64,000 nucleotides of DNA, taken from an uncultured Gemmatimonadaceae bacterium. Its GTDB lineage: Bacteria > Gemmatimonadota > Gemmatimonadetes > Gemmatimonadales > Gemmatimonadaceae. The stretch covers positions 155,973 through 219,972 of the forward strand of contig CAWFQK010000009.1 of assembly GCA_963817955.1 (NCBI GenBank). The letters are read 5' to 3'. The translations under genes and the position numbers were made by a program. The notes under the pieces are model-generated. The model had not been told where the DNA came from. It ran no database searches and worked only from the letters and a program-made list of their open reading frames with translations. Positions 1-9,859 of the stretch are shown here, one piece after another. Every line of letters begins with the position of its first letter. The stretch's first letter is position 1.

Positions 1-1
1 T

Positions 2-877
2 CCCGTCAACACCGTGATGCCATACCGCGGCATCGACGAAGCCATCGAGCTGGCAAAGAAGGGGAAGGGAAGTCTTGTTGGATCGTTGTTCACGGCAGAC
101 GATCGAGTGGCGCGCGACGTGGTGCTCGGCACGGCGGCCTATCACGGCCGGCTGATGTTGATCAATCGCCACAGTGCCCAGGAATCCACCGGACACGGGT
201 CGCCGCTGCCGGCGCTGGTGCATGGCGGTCCTGGTCGTGCGGGCGGCGGCGAGGAAATGGGCGGTGTGCGCGGTGTGCTGCATTACATGCAACGCACGGC
301 GCTCCAGGGCTCGCCGACCACGTTGATGCATGTGACGAAGGAGTACGTGCCGGGCGCCACACGCACGACCGATCGCGTGCATCCATTCCGCAAGTACTTC
401 GACGAACTGGAGATTGGCGATTCGCTGGTCACAGGCCGGCGGACCGTCACCGAGGCCGACATCGTGAACTTCGCCGGGGTGAGCGGCGACTTCTTCTACG
501 CGCACATGGATGACCTGGCGGCGCGGGATTCGGTGTTCGAGAAGCGCGTCGCCCATGGCTACTTCGTTCTATCGGCGGCGGCCGGCCTGTTCGTCGATCC
601 GGCGCCCGGTCCGGTGCTCGCCAACTATGGCTTGGAGAGCCTGCGGTTCGTGAAGCCGGTCTATCCGGGCGACACGATTCAGGCTACGATCACGGTCAAA
701 CAGAAGACCGCCAAGGAAAAGAAACCGGATCAAGTCGCGCAGGGTGTCGTCGCCTGGGATGTCGAGGTGAAGAATCAGAACGACGAGCCCGTGGCCGTGT
801 ACACGATCTTGACTCTGGTCGAACGTCGGTCGACGCAGCTGCCATTTCCACCCACTACTTCGGAGCCATCACCATGA
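2..877 (+). CDS. paaZ: Bifunctional phenylacetate degradation protein PaaZ (aldehyde dehydrogenase C-terminus + MaoC hydratase), 5'-truncated by window edge
   Basis: [24 protein letters not shown] motif followed by MaoC-like domain ([23 protein letters not shown]...VAHGYF). Confidence 0.92.
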   Translation, partial: PVNTVMPYRGIDEAIELAKKGKGSLVGSLFTADDRVARDVVLGTAAYHGRLMLINRHSAQESTGHGSPLPALVHGGPGRAGGGEEMGGVRGVLHYMQRTALQGSPTTLMHVTKEYVPGATRTTDRVHPFRKYFDELEIGDSLVTGRRTVTEADIVNFAGVSGDFFYAHMDDLAARDSVFEKRVAHGYFVLSAAAGLFVDPAPGPVLANYGLESLRFVKPVYPGDTIQATITVKQKTAKEKKPDQVAQGVVAWDVEVKNQNDEPVAVYTILTLVERRSTQLPFPPTTSEPSP

Positions 878-1305
878 CACAGTCCAGGATTCGGCAGGGT
901 GTGACGATCGCTGTCGCTCTCATCGCAGTTGGTGCTTCGGCCCCCGTAGCACGGGCGATTGTTCTATCTCGCGCGCCCGTTCAGCGAGTTGCCGTCGATC
1001 CGGTGGGTGAGTACCAGTGGTCCATGACCACGTCCGGCATGGCAGTCAACGGTACGCTGAAGGTCACGCGCTCCGACTCGACGCTGTCGGCGACGGTGAC
1101 GAGCGATCAGACCGACAGCCCGATTCCGGCCACATCAGTGAAGCTGGACGGAAATCGGTTGACGGTGGTCGCGTCGGGGGACTTCGGCGAGTTCACGATA
1201 GGGCTCGATTTCGCAGAGTCGGGCCTGTCGGGCACATACAAGTACGTGAATCCGAACGGCGCGGCCGACTCGGGGCCGCTCACGATCAAGAAATCCGAGA
1301 AATAA
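874..1305 (+). CDS. Small secreted hypothetical protein, beta-rich
   Basis: ATGA overlap with paaZ stop; N-terminal signal-like hydrophobic segment; alternating beta-strand pattern. Confidence 0.7.
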   Translation: MTQSRIRQGVTIAVALIAVGASAPVARAIVLSRAPVQRVAVDPVGEYQWSMTTSGMAVNGTLKVTRSDSTLSATVTSDQTDSPIPATSVKLDGNRLTVVASGDFGEFTIGLDFAESGLSGTYKYVNPNGAADSGPLTIKKSEK

Positions 1306-1328
1306 CTTCGGCAGTGGGCCGTGAAACG

Positions 1329-1356
1329 AGGGAGCCGCGATGATTCGCGGCTCCCT
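1329..1356 (+). terminator. Stem-loop downstream of the paaZ operon
   Basis: AGGGAGCCGCGA-tgat-TCGCGGCTCCCT 12-bp stem; weak U-tract. Confidence 0.5.
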
Positions 1357-1495
1357 TGCGCAGGTGCGCAAGGGCTTCTCAACGCTGTCAGGCTGCGTAA
1401 GGGTTCCCCAACGCTGCTCCGTACAGTAGCGTATCCCAGTCAGTTGCCGACTGCCGGCACCTCACCTCATCCAGCCTTCCTTCAGAGAGCGTTCC

Positions 1496-4400
1496 GTGGC
1501 AAATCGAGTCATTAGTCGCGGCTTAGTCATAGCCGCGCTTGTCATGCCTTCGATGGTGCTCGCGCAAGGCCGACGCGGGCGCGGCGGCGCGCCCGCCGAA
1601 TCCGCCGGCCCGAGTGACGTCAGTTGGCGCAATGTGGGCCCGGAATCGTCCGGCCGCATGGTTGCCGTCGCCGGATCGGCGGCGCGACCCGCTGAGTATT
1701 ATTTCGGCACCACCGGCGGCGGTGTGTGGAAGTCCACCGATGGCGGCAAGACCGCCGTTCCAGTGACGGATAATTATTTCGGCGGCACCATTGGCGCCGT
1801 GACGGTCGACGAAAAGAACCCGGATGTCGTGTGGGTGGGCGGGGGTGAGTACGCGATCCGCGGCAACGTCTCGTACGGCGACGGCGTGTGGAAGACCACC
1901 GATGCCGGCAAGACCTGGCAGTACATGGGTCTGAAGGAGACGCAGCAGATCGCCCGCATCGTGCTGGATCCGCGCAATGCCGATGTGGCGTACGTCGCCG
2001 CGCTCGGCCACGTGTGGGGAGCCACCCCGGATCGTGGCGTGTACAAGACCACCGACGGTGGCAAGACATGGAAGAAGATCCTCTTCCGCAATGATTCCAC
2101 CGGCGCGGTCGAGCTGGTGATGGATCCGAGCAATCCCGATGTGCTCTACGCCGCGCTCTGGCAGGCCGGTCGCAACCCCTGGATGTTGATCAGCGGCGGC
2201 AACGGCGGCGGCATCTTCAAGACGATAGATGGTGGCGACCACTGGACGGAGATCACGCTCGCCAAGGGCTTGCCGACCGGGGTCATCGGCAATGTCGGCA
2301 TGGCGATCTCTCCGGCAAAGCCGAATCGCATCTGGGCGCTCATCGAGCACGAGCCGAATGGCGGTGTCTATCGCTCCGATGATGCGGGCGCGTCATGGAC
2401 GCTGCTCAATCAGGATCGCGATCTCCGCCAGCGTGCCTGGTACTTCTCGCGTCTGTTCGCCGATCCCAAGGATTCGAACGTCGTGTACGCGCCAAACGTC
2501 ACTCCGCTCTGGTCGCAGGATGGCGGCAAGACCTTCACGCGCGCGTTCGGTGCCGGCGACAACCACGTCATGTGGATTTCGCCGACCGATTCGAAGCGCA
2601 TGGTCGTCGGGCATGACAATGGTGCGGTGCTCACGACGGATGGCGGCACGACGTCGACGCACCTCAATATCCCAACAGGTCAGTTCTATCACGTCCATCT
2701 GACGAACAAGGTGCCGTACGACCTCTGCGGCGCGAAGCAGGATGCCGGCTCGGTGTGTGGTGCCGTACGTCAGGCGGGCGGCTTTGGTGGACGGGGCGGC
2801 GGTGGCGGCGGTCGGGGCGGTGCGCCGGCCCCGGCATCGGCATATGCCGAATTCTACGGAGCGGCGGGCGGCGAGTCAGGCTATCTGGCCTCGGATCCCA
2901 CCAACCCGAACATCACCTTCGGCGGCAATTACAGTGGCGTGATCGACATGCAGGATCGCGGCAGCGGTTTGCGTGCCCGCCTCGATCCGTGGCCCCTCAA
3001 CCCAATGGGTCACGACGCGAAGGACTCGAAGTACCGCTTCCAGTGGACCTTCCCGATCATGAATTCGCCGCACGAGCCGCACACGCTCTATGTGGGCGCG
3101 AACGTGGTCTTCAAGTCCACGGACAACGGCAAGAGCTGGCAAGTGATCTCACCCGACCTCACGCGCCACGATCCGGCAACACTTGGCGCATCGGGTGGGC
3201 CGATCACCAAGGACCAGACGTCGATCGAGTACTACGGAACGGTGTTCGCGCTCCAGGAGTCACCGATCACGCCGGGGCTCATCTGGGCCGGCTCGGATGA
3301 CGGCCTCATTCACGTCACGCGCGACGGCGGCAAGTCGTGGAAGAACGTGACGCCGAAGGGGCTCCCGCAGTGGACCCGCATTTCGGTCATCGATCCGTCG
3401 CCGCACAACGCGGGCACGGCATACGTTGCCGCGAACCGCTACCAGCTCGACGACTACGCGCCGTACCTCTACAAGACCACCGACTACGGCGCGACGTGGA
3501 CGCGCATCAACGACGGCATTCCGGTGGGCGAGTACACGCATTCCATTCGTGAAGACCTCGTCAAGCCCGGCCTGCTCTACGCCGCGACCGAGCGCAGCAT
3601 GTGGTTGTCGCGCGACGACTGGCGCCCACTGGGAAAGCCTGAAGAAGAATCTCCCGCCGGTGCCGGTGCACGACATCGCGCTCCGCGACGACGACATGGT
3701 GATCGCCACCCACGGCCGTGCCTTCTGGGTGATGGAGAACATCTCGCTGCTACGACAGGCGCCGGAAGCGGATGCGGCCGCGGCGGCGGGCAAGGATTTC
3801 CTCTACAAGCCGGCACCGGCGTATCGGGCGGGTGGTGTGACGGTGCAATACAAACTGGCGAACGCCAATCAGCCGGTGACCGTGGAATTCCTCGACCCCA
3901 CGGGTAAGCTCATTCGCAAGTTCTCATCAACCGATTCAGTCCCCGCGGCCGGGGGCCGGGGCGGGGCAGGCGGTGGACGTGGCGGCGCGGGTGGACCACC
4001 ACGCGTGACGACCCGTGCGGGGCTCAATCGCTATACGTGGAACCTGCAGTATCCGGATGCGTCCACGTTCCAGGGAATGATCCTCTGGCAAGGTGCTACG
4101 GCGGGCCCGTTTGCCGCGCCCGGCACGTACACGGTGCGCGTGCTCGCCGCCGGCAATACCGCGCTCACCGAGAAGTTCACGGTGAAAAGGGATCCCCAGG
4201 CTCAGGCGACCAATGCCGACCTCGTCGAGCAGGAGCGGTTCGCGCTGCAACTGCGCGATCGCGTGACGGCGGCGAACGATGCGGTCAAGACAATTCGCAA
4301 CGTCACGCATCAGCTCGACGAACGCGCCGGCAAGATGAGCGGCAACGCGAGCTTTGGCGCCATGGCGAAAACGTTCGAGGGTAAGCTCGCCAGCGTCGAG

Positions 4401-4703
4401 GATTCGCTCTATCAGACCCGCAATCGGAGTGGTGAGGATCCGCTCAACTTCCCCATTCGCATCAACAATCAGATGGCTGCGCTGCTGGGCTTCGTCGAGA
4501 ACGGCGAGCGTCGGCCGCCCAAGCAATCATATGACGTGTTCGCGGTGCTCGATCCCAGGTTGCAGACCGAGTTGACGCGCTACAAACGCGTCATGGCCGA
4601 TCTGGCAAAGATCAACGCCGCGTTGAAGGCGGCCGGCCAGCCGGAGATCGTTCCGAGCACGGTGGAACTGCCGGCGCTGCGGAAAGACAACATCAGTCAT
4701 TAG
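1496..4703 (+). CDS. Secreted VPS10/BNR (Asp-box) repeat glycosyl-hydrolase-like protein, split by a +1 frameshift at ~3620
   Basis: Signal peptide; many S/TxDGGKTW Asp-boxes. ORF 1496..3907 continues in frame 3426..4703 (HWESLKKNLPPVPVHD). Removing the T at 3620 gives ...SRDDGAHWESL. Confidence 0.85.
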
Positions 4704-4771
4704 CGCAACGCGTCAGGGTTGCGAACGGAACGCACGGACGCTGCCCTGACCATGTACTGAGATCACGCACT

Positions 4772-4820
4772 GATAACAAAAAGCTCCCGCGCTCAATGAG
4801 CGCGGGAGCTTTTTGTTATC
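4772..4820. terminator. Bidirectional intrinsic terminator between convergent genes
   Basis: GATAACAAAAAGCTCCCGCGCTCA-a-TGAGCGCGGGAGCTTTTTGTTATC; perfect inverted repeat with A and T tracts. Confidence 0.9.
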
Positions 4821-4823
4821 GAG

Positions 4824-6029
4824 TCATTGATGGTATGCGCCGAGCCCAACGCCGAGGCCGGACGTAATGCCCATGCGCATGCCGCCGCCGCGAATCTGTT
4901 GCACCCAGAATCCCGGCGACGGCAGCGGGCCGAGTCGGAACAGGCCGGGATAGAGATTGATCGTGGGACCGTTCGTACCACCGCCCTTGCTGATGAACGA
5001 AGCCAGGAGCGACCCATTGCGGTCAAGGAAGAGTCCAGCGTTCGGTTGCAGCGTCACGGTCTTTGTGTTGGTAGCCGAGTCGATCACCGGGTTGTCCGAC
5101 GGATCGAAACCGCCGGAGGCCGATACCCAGTACTGATCCCCCACGCGCCTCGAGGCGCCGACGAGGAACGCGCTACCGGCCGTCGTCATCACTTTCCAGT
5201 TGTCGGTTCGCGGCAGTGGCGCGCGCACCATGATCAGACTGTACGCGTTCTCCAGATGCTTGTTTGGAAGCGTCAGCGTTGGTTGACCATACCAGTCCGT
5301 GGCTTCGATGCGGCCGCTGAAGGCGCGCCGCATCCACTCCTGATTCCAGAGAATGATCGCGCCGGAGTCGAAGATCAGCAAATCGGTCATCCCGTCTTCG
5401 TCTTCACAGCAGACGTTGCCGCTCTCGAGGATCTCATTCAGGACGTGGCCGACATAGAGCGTCACCCCAGCGGCAAGCTCCGGGTGGCCGAAGGCGTTGC
5501 CATGCTGTTCGAACCACTCCGTCGTGCGCACGTACGTGATACCGCTCCCAAAGAGATGCAGGTGGTAGTTGGGATACCACTGCCCGCCGCCCTGGCTCTT
5601 GAGTGTGAGCGGAAAGACCTCATTGCGGAGCCACCGGCTCCAGCCGTAGTGCCGAATGACCGGTTCCGGGTCGGTGACGGAGTGCCAGACAATCTTGAAC
5701 GAGCTCCAGTACGGAATGTTCAGCACGTCGCGGTGGTCTGCGACGCGGAGCATGTCGAAGCCTTCATTGATCGCGACACTCAGCGGACTGAATTCCAGAT
5801 CGCTGCCATAGGACCGCGGCGTATAGAACCGGAACTTGGCCGGGCGCGTATCGACGTGCGGGCTGGCGGTGACATCCATCCGGCCCGAGTCGGCGGCCGG
5901 GTTCATGGCGGCCGTAGCGGGAGACAACGCTGGGGGCGTGTGCATACACGCCCCCAGCAGGACTGCGACTCCGGCAACAGCAAGATGGCGAAGAATCACC
6001 AGATCACGGCACGGCTTTCGTTGTGTCAC
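4824..6029 (-). CDS. Hypothetical lipoprotein
   Basis: 401-aa ORF with lipobox-like LLGAC, aromatic-rich; overlaps upstream gene stop; start uncertain. Confidence 0.7.
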   Translation of the reverse strand: MTQRKPCRDLVILRHLAVAGVAVLLGACMHTPPALSPATAAMNPAADSGRMDVTASPHVDTRPAKFRFYTPRSYGSDLEFSPLSVAINEGFDMLRVADHRDVLNIPYWSSFKIVWHSVTDPEPVIRHYGWSRWLRNEVFPLTLKSQGGGQWYPNYHLHLFGSGITYVRTTEWFEQHGNAFGHPELAAGVTLYVGHVLNEILESGNVCCEDEDGMTDLLIFDSGAIILWNQEWMRRAFSGRIEATDWYGQPTLTLPNKHLENAYSLIMVRAPLPRTDNWKVMTTAGSAFLVGASRRVGDQYWVSASGGFDPSDNPVIDSATNTKTVTLQPNAGLFLDRNGSLLASFISKGGGTNGPTINLYPGLFRLGPLPSPGFWVQQIRGGGMRMGITSGLGVGLGAYHQ

Positions 6030-7743
6030 GAATGGTTGGGTACTTGATCCCGAGTTGGTCGAGGTAGGTCTTGTACTTGGTCGGATCGTAATAGTATTTG
6101 CGCATCTCCGGACGGTACCTATCCATGATGGCCTTGTTCAGCCAGATCGCCGGCTTGTCCTCCGGACGCATCAGCGGAAAGTACTTGATGTCCTTGGTCT
6201 GCACGGTGTTGAAGTACGCCCACGCCTGCGAGACGACCGTCGGTTTCAGGAGCAAATCGAGTACCGTCATCGCCTGTGCCTTTGCCCCAGCGGTCACGCC
6301 CTTGTGCGCAATGGGCGTCGCCATCGAGATGGCGTTTGCCCAGTTATGCCCCGGCAATCCCGGTATGTTCGCGGGGTAGCGGAGGGTGATCGTCGGGACA
6401 TTCCACGAGACGTCGCCAATGTCGTCACTGCCGCCGCCGCGTAGCTCCTCCTGGCGCGGCGGGGTGCCGAGCGTTTCCGGGATGCGCGACGACAGGCCGC
6501 GCGGATTCTTCTGTCCCAACTCACGCTGAATGCCCCGCGCCAGTGCCTGATCTTTCTCGTCCCACACCGGCATGCCGACCTGCTTGATGTTCTCGAACAT
6601 GTCCATGGCGATCGGCTTGCTGAAGTAACCAGCCCAGCCTGATCCGAGAATGTTCACTGAGGCCAGCTTCGTGCTGGTCATCATGGCGGCCGCGCGTGCC
6701 ATCGTGTCGCCGAGCGCGAAGAGCGCCTGCGTTTTCGGAGCGTCGGTTTCCCGGAAGAAATACCAATCGCTCGCTGTGGGCGGCACCACGTTGGGCTGGT
6801 CACCGCCGTCGGTGATCACGTTGTGCGACCGCTGCGTCAGCGGCAGATGCTCGCGGCGGAAATTCCACCCTACGTCCATGAGCTCGACCGCGTCGAGCGC
6901 GCTACGCCCCGCCCACGGCGCGCCTGCGGCATGCGCGCTCGACCCGAGGAAGTTGAACTGCGCACTGATTAGCGCGTTGGAGCCCGACGTTCCATACGAC
7001 ACACCGAAATCGGCGCCCACGTGACAGAACAGCACGGCGTCGACGTCTTTGAACAGCCCGGCGCGCACGAAGTACGCCTTGGCTGCCATCTGCTCCTCGG
7101 CTACGCCGGGCCAGAGCTGGATCGTTCCCTGGATATGGTCACGCTCCATGATCTTCTTCACGGCCACCGCCGCCGTGATGTTGAGTGGCACGCCGGAGTT
7201 GTGACCTTCCCCGTGTCCCGGAGCGCCACCGACCATCGGATCGTGATAACCAACGCCCGGCTTCTGATTGGCCTGCGGGATATCGTCGATGTCCGAGCCG
7301 AGCGAGATCACCGGCTTGCCCGAGCCCCAGGTCGCGACCCATGCGGTGGGAATTCCGGCAATGCCGCGCGTGACCTTGAATCCGTTCTTCTCGAGGACGC
7401 CGGTGAGATACTTCGACGTCTCTTCTTCCTGCATGCCGAGCTCACCGAAGCTGAACACCATGTCCACCATCTGCTGCGTGAACGTGGACATGCTGTCGAC
7501 CATGCGTATCGCGTCCTTTTTCAGGGTGGCGATACGCGCGTCATCGGCGGGCAGGGTGACGGGAAAGGTGACCTCCACTCGATCCTCGGGGCCTTGGCGG
7601 CCGCCGCGGCCCTGAGCGGAGAGTGAGACTGGGAGGACAAGCGACAGGCCGAATAATCCGGCAGCCACCAGACGAGCTGGAGATGGACGCATAAAGGCTG
7701 GGAGGCGGGGGGGAACGAGGGCGTGCCAGGGAGAGGGAAACAC
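6004..7743 (-). CDS. Secreted M20-family amidohydrolase (AbgB-like)
   Basis: ELGMQEEETS, GHGEGHN, GVAEEQ, HAAGAPWAGRSALDAVE, GGSDDIGDVSW motifs; start may be the ATG at 7692. Confidence 0.85.
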   Translation of the reverse strand: MFPSPWHALVPPRLPAFMRPSPARLVAAGLFGLSLVLPVSLSAQGRGGRQGPEDRVEVTFPVTLPADDARIATLKKDAIRMVDSMSTFTQQMVDMVFSFGELGMQEEETSKYLTGVLEKNGFKVTRGIAGIPTAWVATWGSGKPVISLGSDIDDIPQANQKPGVGYHDPMVGGAPGHGEGHNSGVPLNITAAVAVKKIMERDHIQGTIQLWPGVAEEQMAAKAYFVRAGLFKDVDAVLFCHVGADFGVSYGTSGSNALISAQFNFLGSSAHAAGAPWAGRSALDAVELMDVGWNFRREHLPLTQRSHNVITDGGDQPNVVPPTASDWYFFRETDAPKTQALFALGDTMARAAAMMTSTKLASVNILGSGWAGYFSKPIAMDMFENIKQVGMPVWDEKDQALARGIQRELGQKNPRGLSSRIPETLGTPPRQEELRGGGSDDIGDVSWNVPTITLRYPANIPGLPGHNWANAISMATPIAHKGVTAGAKAQAMTVLDLLLKPTVVSQAWAYFNTVQTKDIKYFPLMRPEDKPAIWLNKAIMDRYRPEMRKYYYDPTKYKTYLDQLGIKYPTIRDTTKAVP

Positions 7744-7913
7744 TGCGCTGGCGAATATACGTGCGGGGAGTGGGGACGTGAAGAAGAGCGGATCTCTACA
7801 ACTACTAACGCCGAAATCGTCACAACATGTCGGTTTTGGTCAATCGGACATATTGGCCCTTGCGCTGACCCCCTGTTTTCGGAACTAATATATATAGGAC
7901 TACGATCATCGCG

Positions 7914-9128
7914 GGACGAGCGGGCGGCGACAAGGAATCGATCGGCGACCCGAGGGGATGGGAGCGTGTCGAGAGGGAATCGATCGCTACCCGCAGGGGA
8001 GGCGACTGTGCCGAGAGGGAATCGGTCCGCGTGCAGAGGGGATGCCCGCGTGTTCAGATGGGATCGACGCCTGCTCATAGGGAATCCCTCGCTGTCTCGA
8101 TCGAATTCACGCGTGTGCCGGTGGAAGTCCTCGCGGTCGAGACCGAATTGACGCGTGTGCCGGTGGAAGTCCTCGCGGTCGAGACCGAATTGACGCGTGT
8201 GCCGGTGGAAGTCCTCGCGGTCGAGACCGAATTGACGCGTGTGCCGGTGGAAGTCCTCGCGGTCGAGACCGAATGAGCGCCGATCGAGCAGGGACTCCCG
8301 CGCGTCCAGCTCGCACCAGCCGCTGTTCAGGGGGGAGTCGCTCCGGTCAAGAGGGAACTCCCCGACGTCGAGCCCGAATGCCGCTCGCGCCACACCGGAC
8401 CGTCTCTCGTCAACACGCCTCTCCCGCGCGTCCACGCCCATCTCCCGCGCGTCCACGCCCATCTCCCGCGCGTCCACCCACAATCCTCGCTTCGTTCGCT
8501 GGGATGCTGTGACGTCCACCTGAGATTGTCTCTCGGTCAGGTCGGAGTCCTTCCGGTTGAGAGGAAACCCTCGCGGTCAAGCACGAACTCCTCGCGGTCA
8601 AGCACGAACTCCTCGCGGTCAAGCACGAACTCCTCGCGGTCAAGCACGAACGGCTCGGGTGCAAGCACGAACCCCTCGCTGTCAACCTCAGACTCTCCGG
8701 CGTTGAGACCTCTCGGTCGCAATGCCACGAGGGAATCACCCGCGTCGACGTGGAATAGATCCGTGTCAACGTGGAATGGGTCCGCGTCCACGGGCAATGG
8801 CTCGGCGTTCAGGACCCAGTCGCTCGCGTTCAGCAGGGAGGGCTGACGTAACAGCAGGGATGGCTGCCGTCGCACAGGGAATCGTCTCTTCTGCAGGCCC
8901 ACGCCCGATCGTGAAGCGCGCAGGCACTCGTGTCGAGGACGGACTCCTCGCGCGACAGGCAAGACCATCGATTCTCACGCAAACACCGACCGGTCGGAAC
9001 GAGGCTCCGACTCTTCCGAACGCGACTCTCTCGGTTCCGACGACCATTCCGTCATTCCCGACGACGCTTCCGTCGCGTCCGACGCCGAGTCCGTCGCTTC
9101 CGACGGCAATCGCGACACGTCTCACGTC
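7914..9128. repeat. Degenerate 21-nt periodic tandem array (~57 units) containing perfect sub-arrays
   Basis: GAA/GGA recurs every 21 nt (7935, 7956, 7977 ... 8397; 8564, 8585 ... 8669). Sub-arrays: 42-nt unit x~4 (8103-8273), CTCCCGCGCGTCCACGCCCAT x~3 (8421-8477), GAACTCCTCGCGGTCAAGCAC x3 plus variants (8564-8668). Confidence 0.92.
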
Positions 9129-9213
9129 TGTTGCTCTCTCTTCACGCCGGCGCGTCGGGCGCCCGCCGACGTGACGTCTTCTTTTGGCGCCTTCATGGCC
9201 ACTTGGAGGCCAT

Positions 9214-9719
9214 ATGAAATACAGTGAAGGCAGTACCTTGGCGACGCTCCGCCGCAGCGCAGATTTTGTCGCGGCGAATCCCGTCCTGTTCGCCGCACTG
9301 AACGGCTTAACGATGCTACGGAAGGCATCGCGGCGGTCGCGAAGATCCAGCTCAAGGCAGTCCCGGACTTCAGCTCGCTGACGATGCCGCAGGCCAAGGT
9401 CTCGACGGAGCGGTTGCTCGCTTCGGCGGCGGCCATGGCCGAGGCGTCGCGGCGGCACGAGGCCGTGCTGATCGACGGCGGGCTGCCGACCAATCTTATC
9501 GCGCAGCTCGATTCGCAACTCTTGCCGCTCATCGGCGCCGACCAGGCCTTGCTCGCCGCCTGGCAGACCGCCAAACGCATTCAGCGCAAACCAGGCATCA
9601 AGATCGGGTCGACGACTGCGACGACGCCGTTGCCGGTCTCCACCCCACCGGTCGTCACATCACCCGTCACCACGCCACTGGTAACTCCTCCGTCGGCAAA
9701 TGAGGTATCGGCCGCGTAG
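9214..9719 (+). pseudogene. Frameshifted or internally deleted alpha-helical hypothetical protein with a Pro/Thr-rich tail
   Basis: GGAGG at 9205 and ATG at 9214 (MKYSEGSTLATLRRS...); coding-like sequence changes frame at ~9300-9320 (EGIAAVAKIQLKAVPDFSSLTMPQ...WQTAKRIQRKPG). Confidence 0.6.
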
Positions 9720-9752
9720 TTCGTCACACCCGTAAGTCATAATCCGCAGTAC

Positions 9753-9786
9753 ACGCGAACGGCCGCCCTCGGGCGGCCGTTCGCGT
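9753..9786. terminator. Stem-loop between convergent genes
   Basis: ACGCGAACGGCCGCCC-tc-GGGCGGCCGTTCGCGT. Confidence 0.65.
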
Positions 9787-9859
9787 TCCTACCCTCTCAT
9801 AAGGAAAGAACAATGCAGACCGGCGCGCCGACCGGTTTGACCGCCGGCCAGCCCCCCCA

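Noticed and set aside
4827..6047. Long antisense or alternative-frame ORFs (e.g. 4827..6047, 18818..20038, 22386..23723, 55018..56391)
   Set aside because: Shadow ORFs opposite well-supported genes, expected at high GC; no recognisable motifs.
8103..8273. 42-nt repeats as a CRISPR array
   Set aside because: Units are head-to-tail with no unique spacers, and there are no cas genes in the window.
7880..9128. Iteron-type replication origin (21-nt repeats plus AT tract)
   Set aside because: Units are too degenerate and numerous, the AT tract is only ~13 bp, and no rep gene or DnaA boxes were seen.
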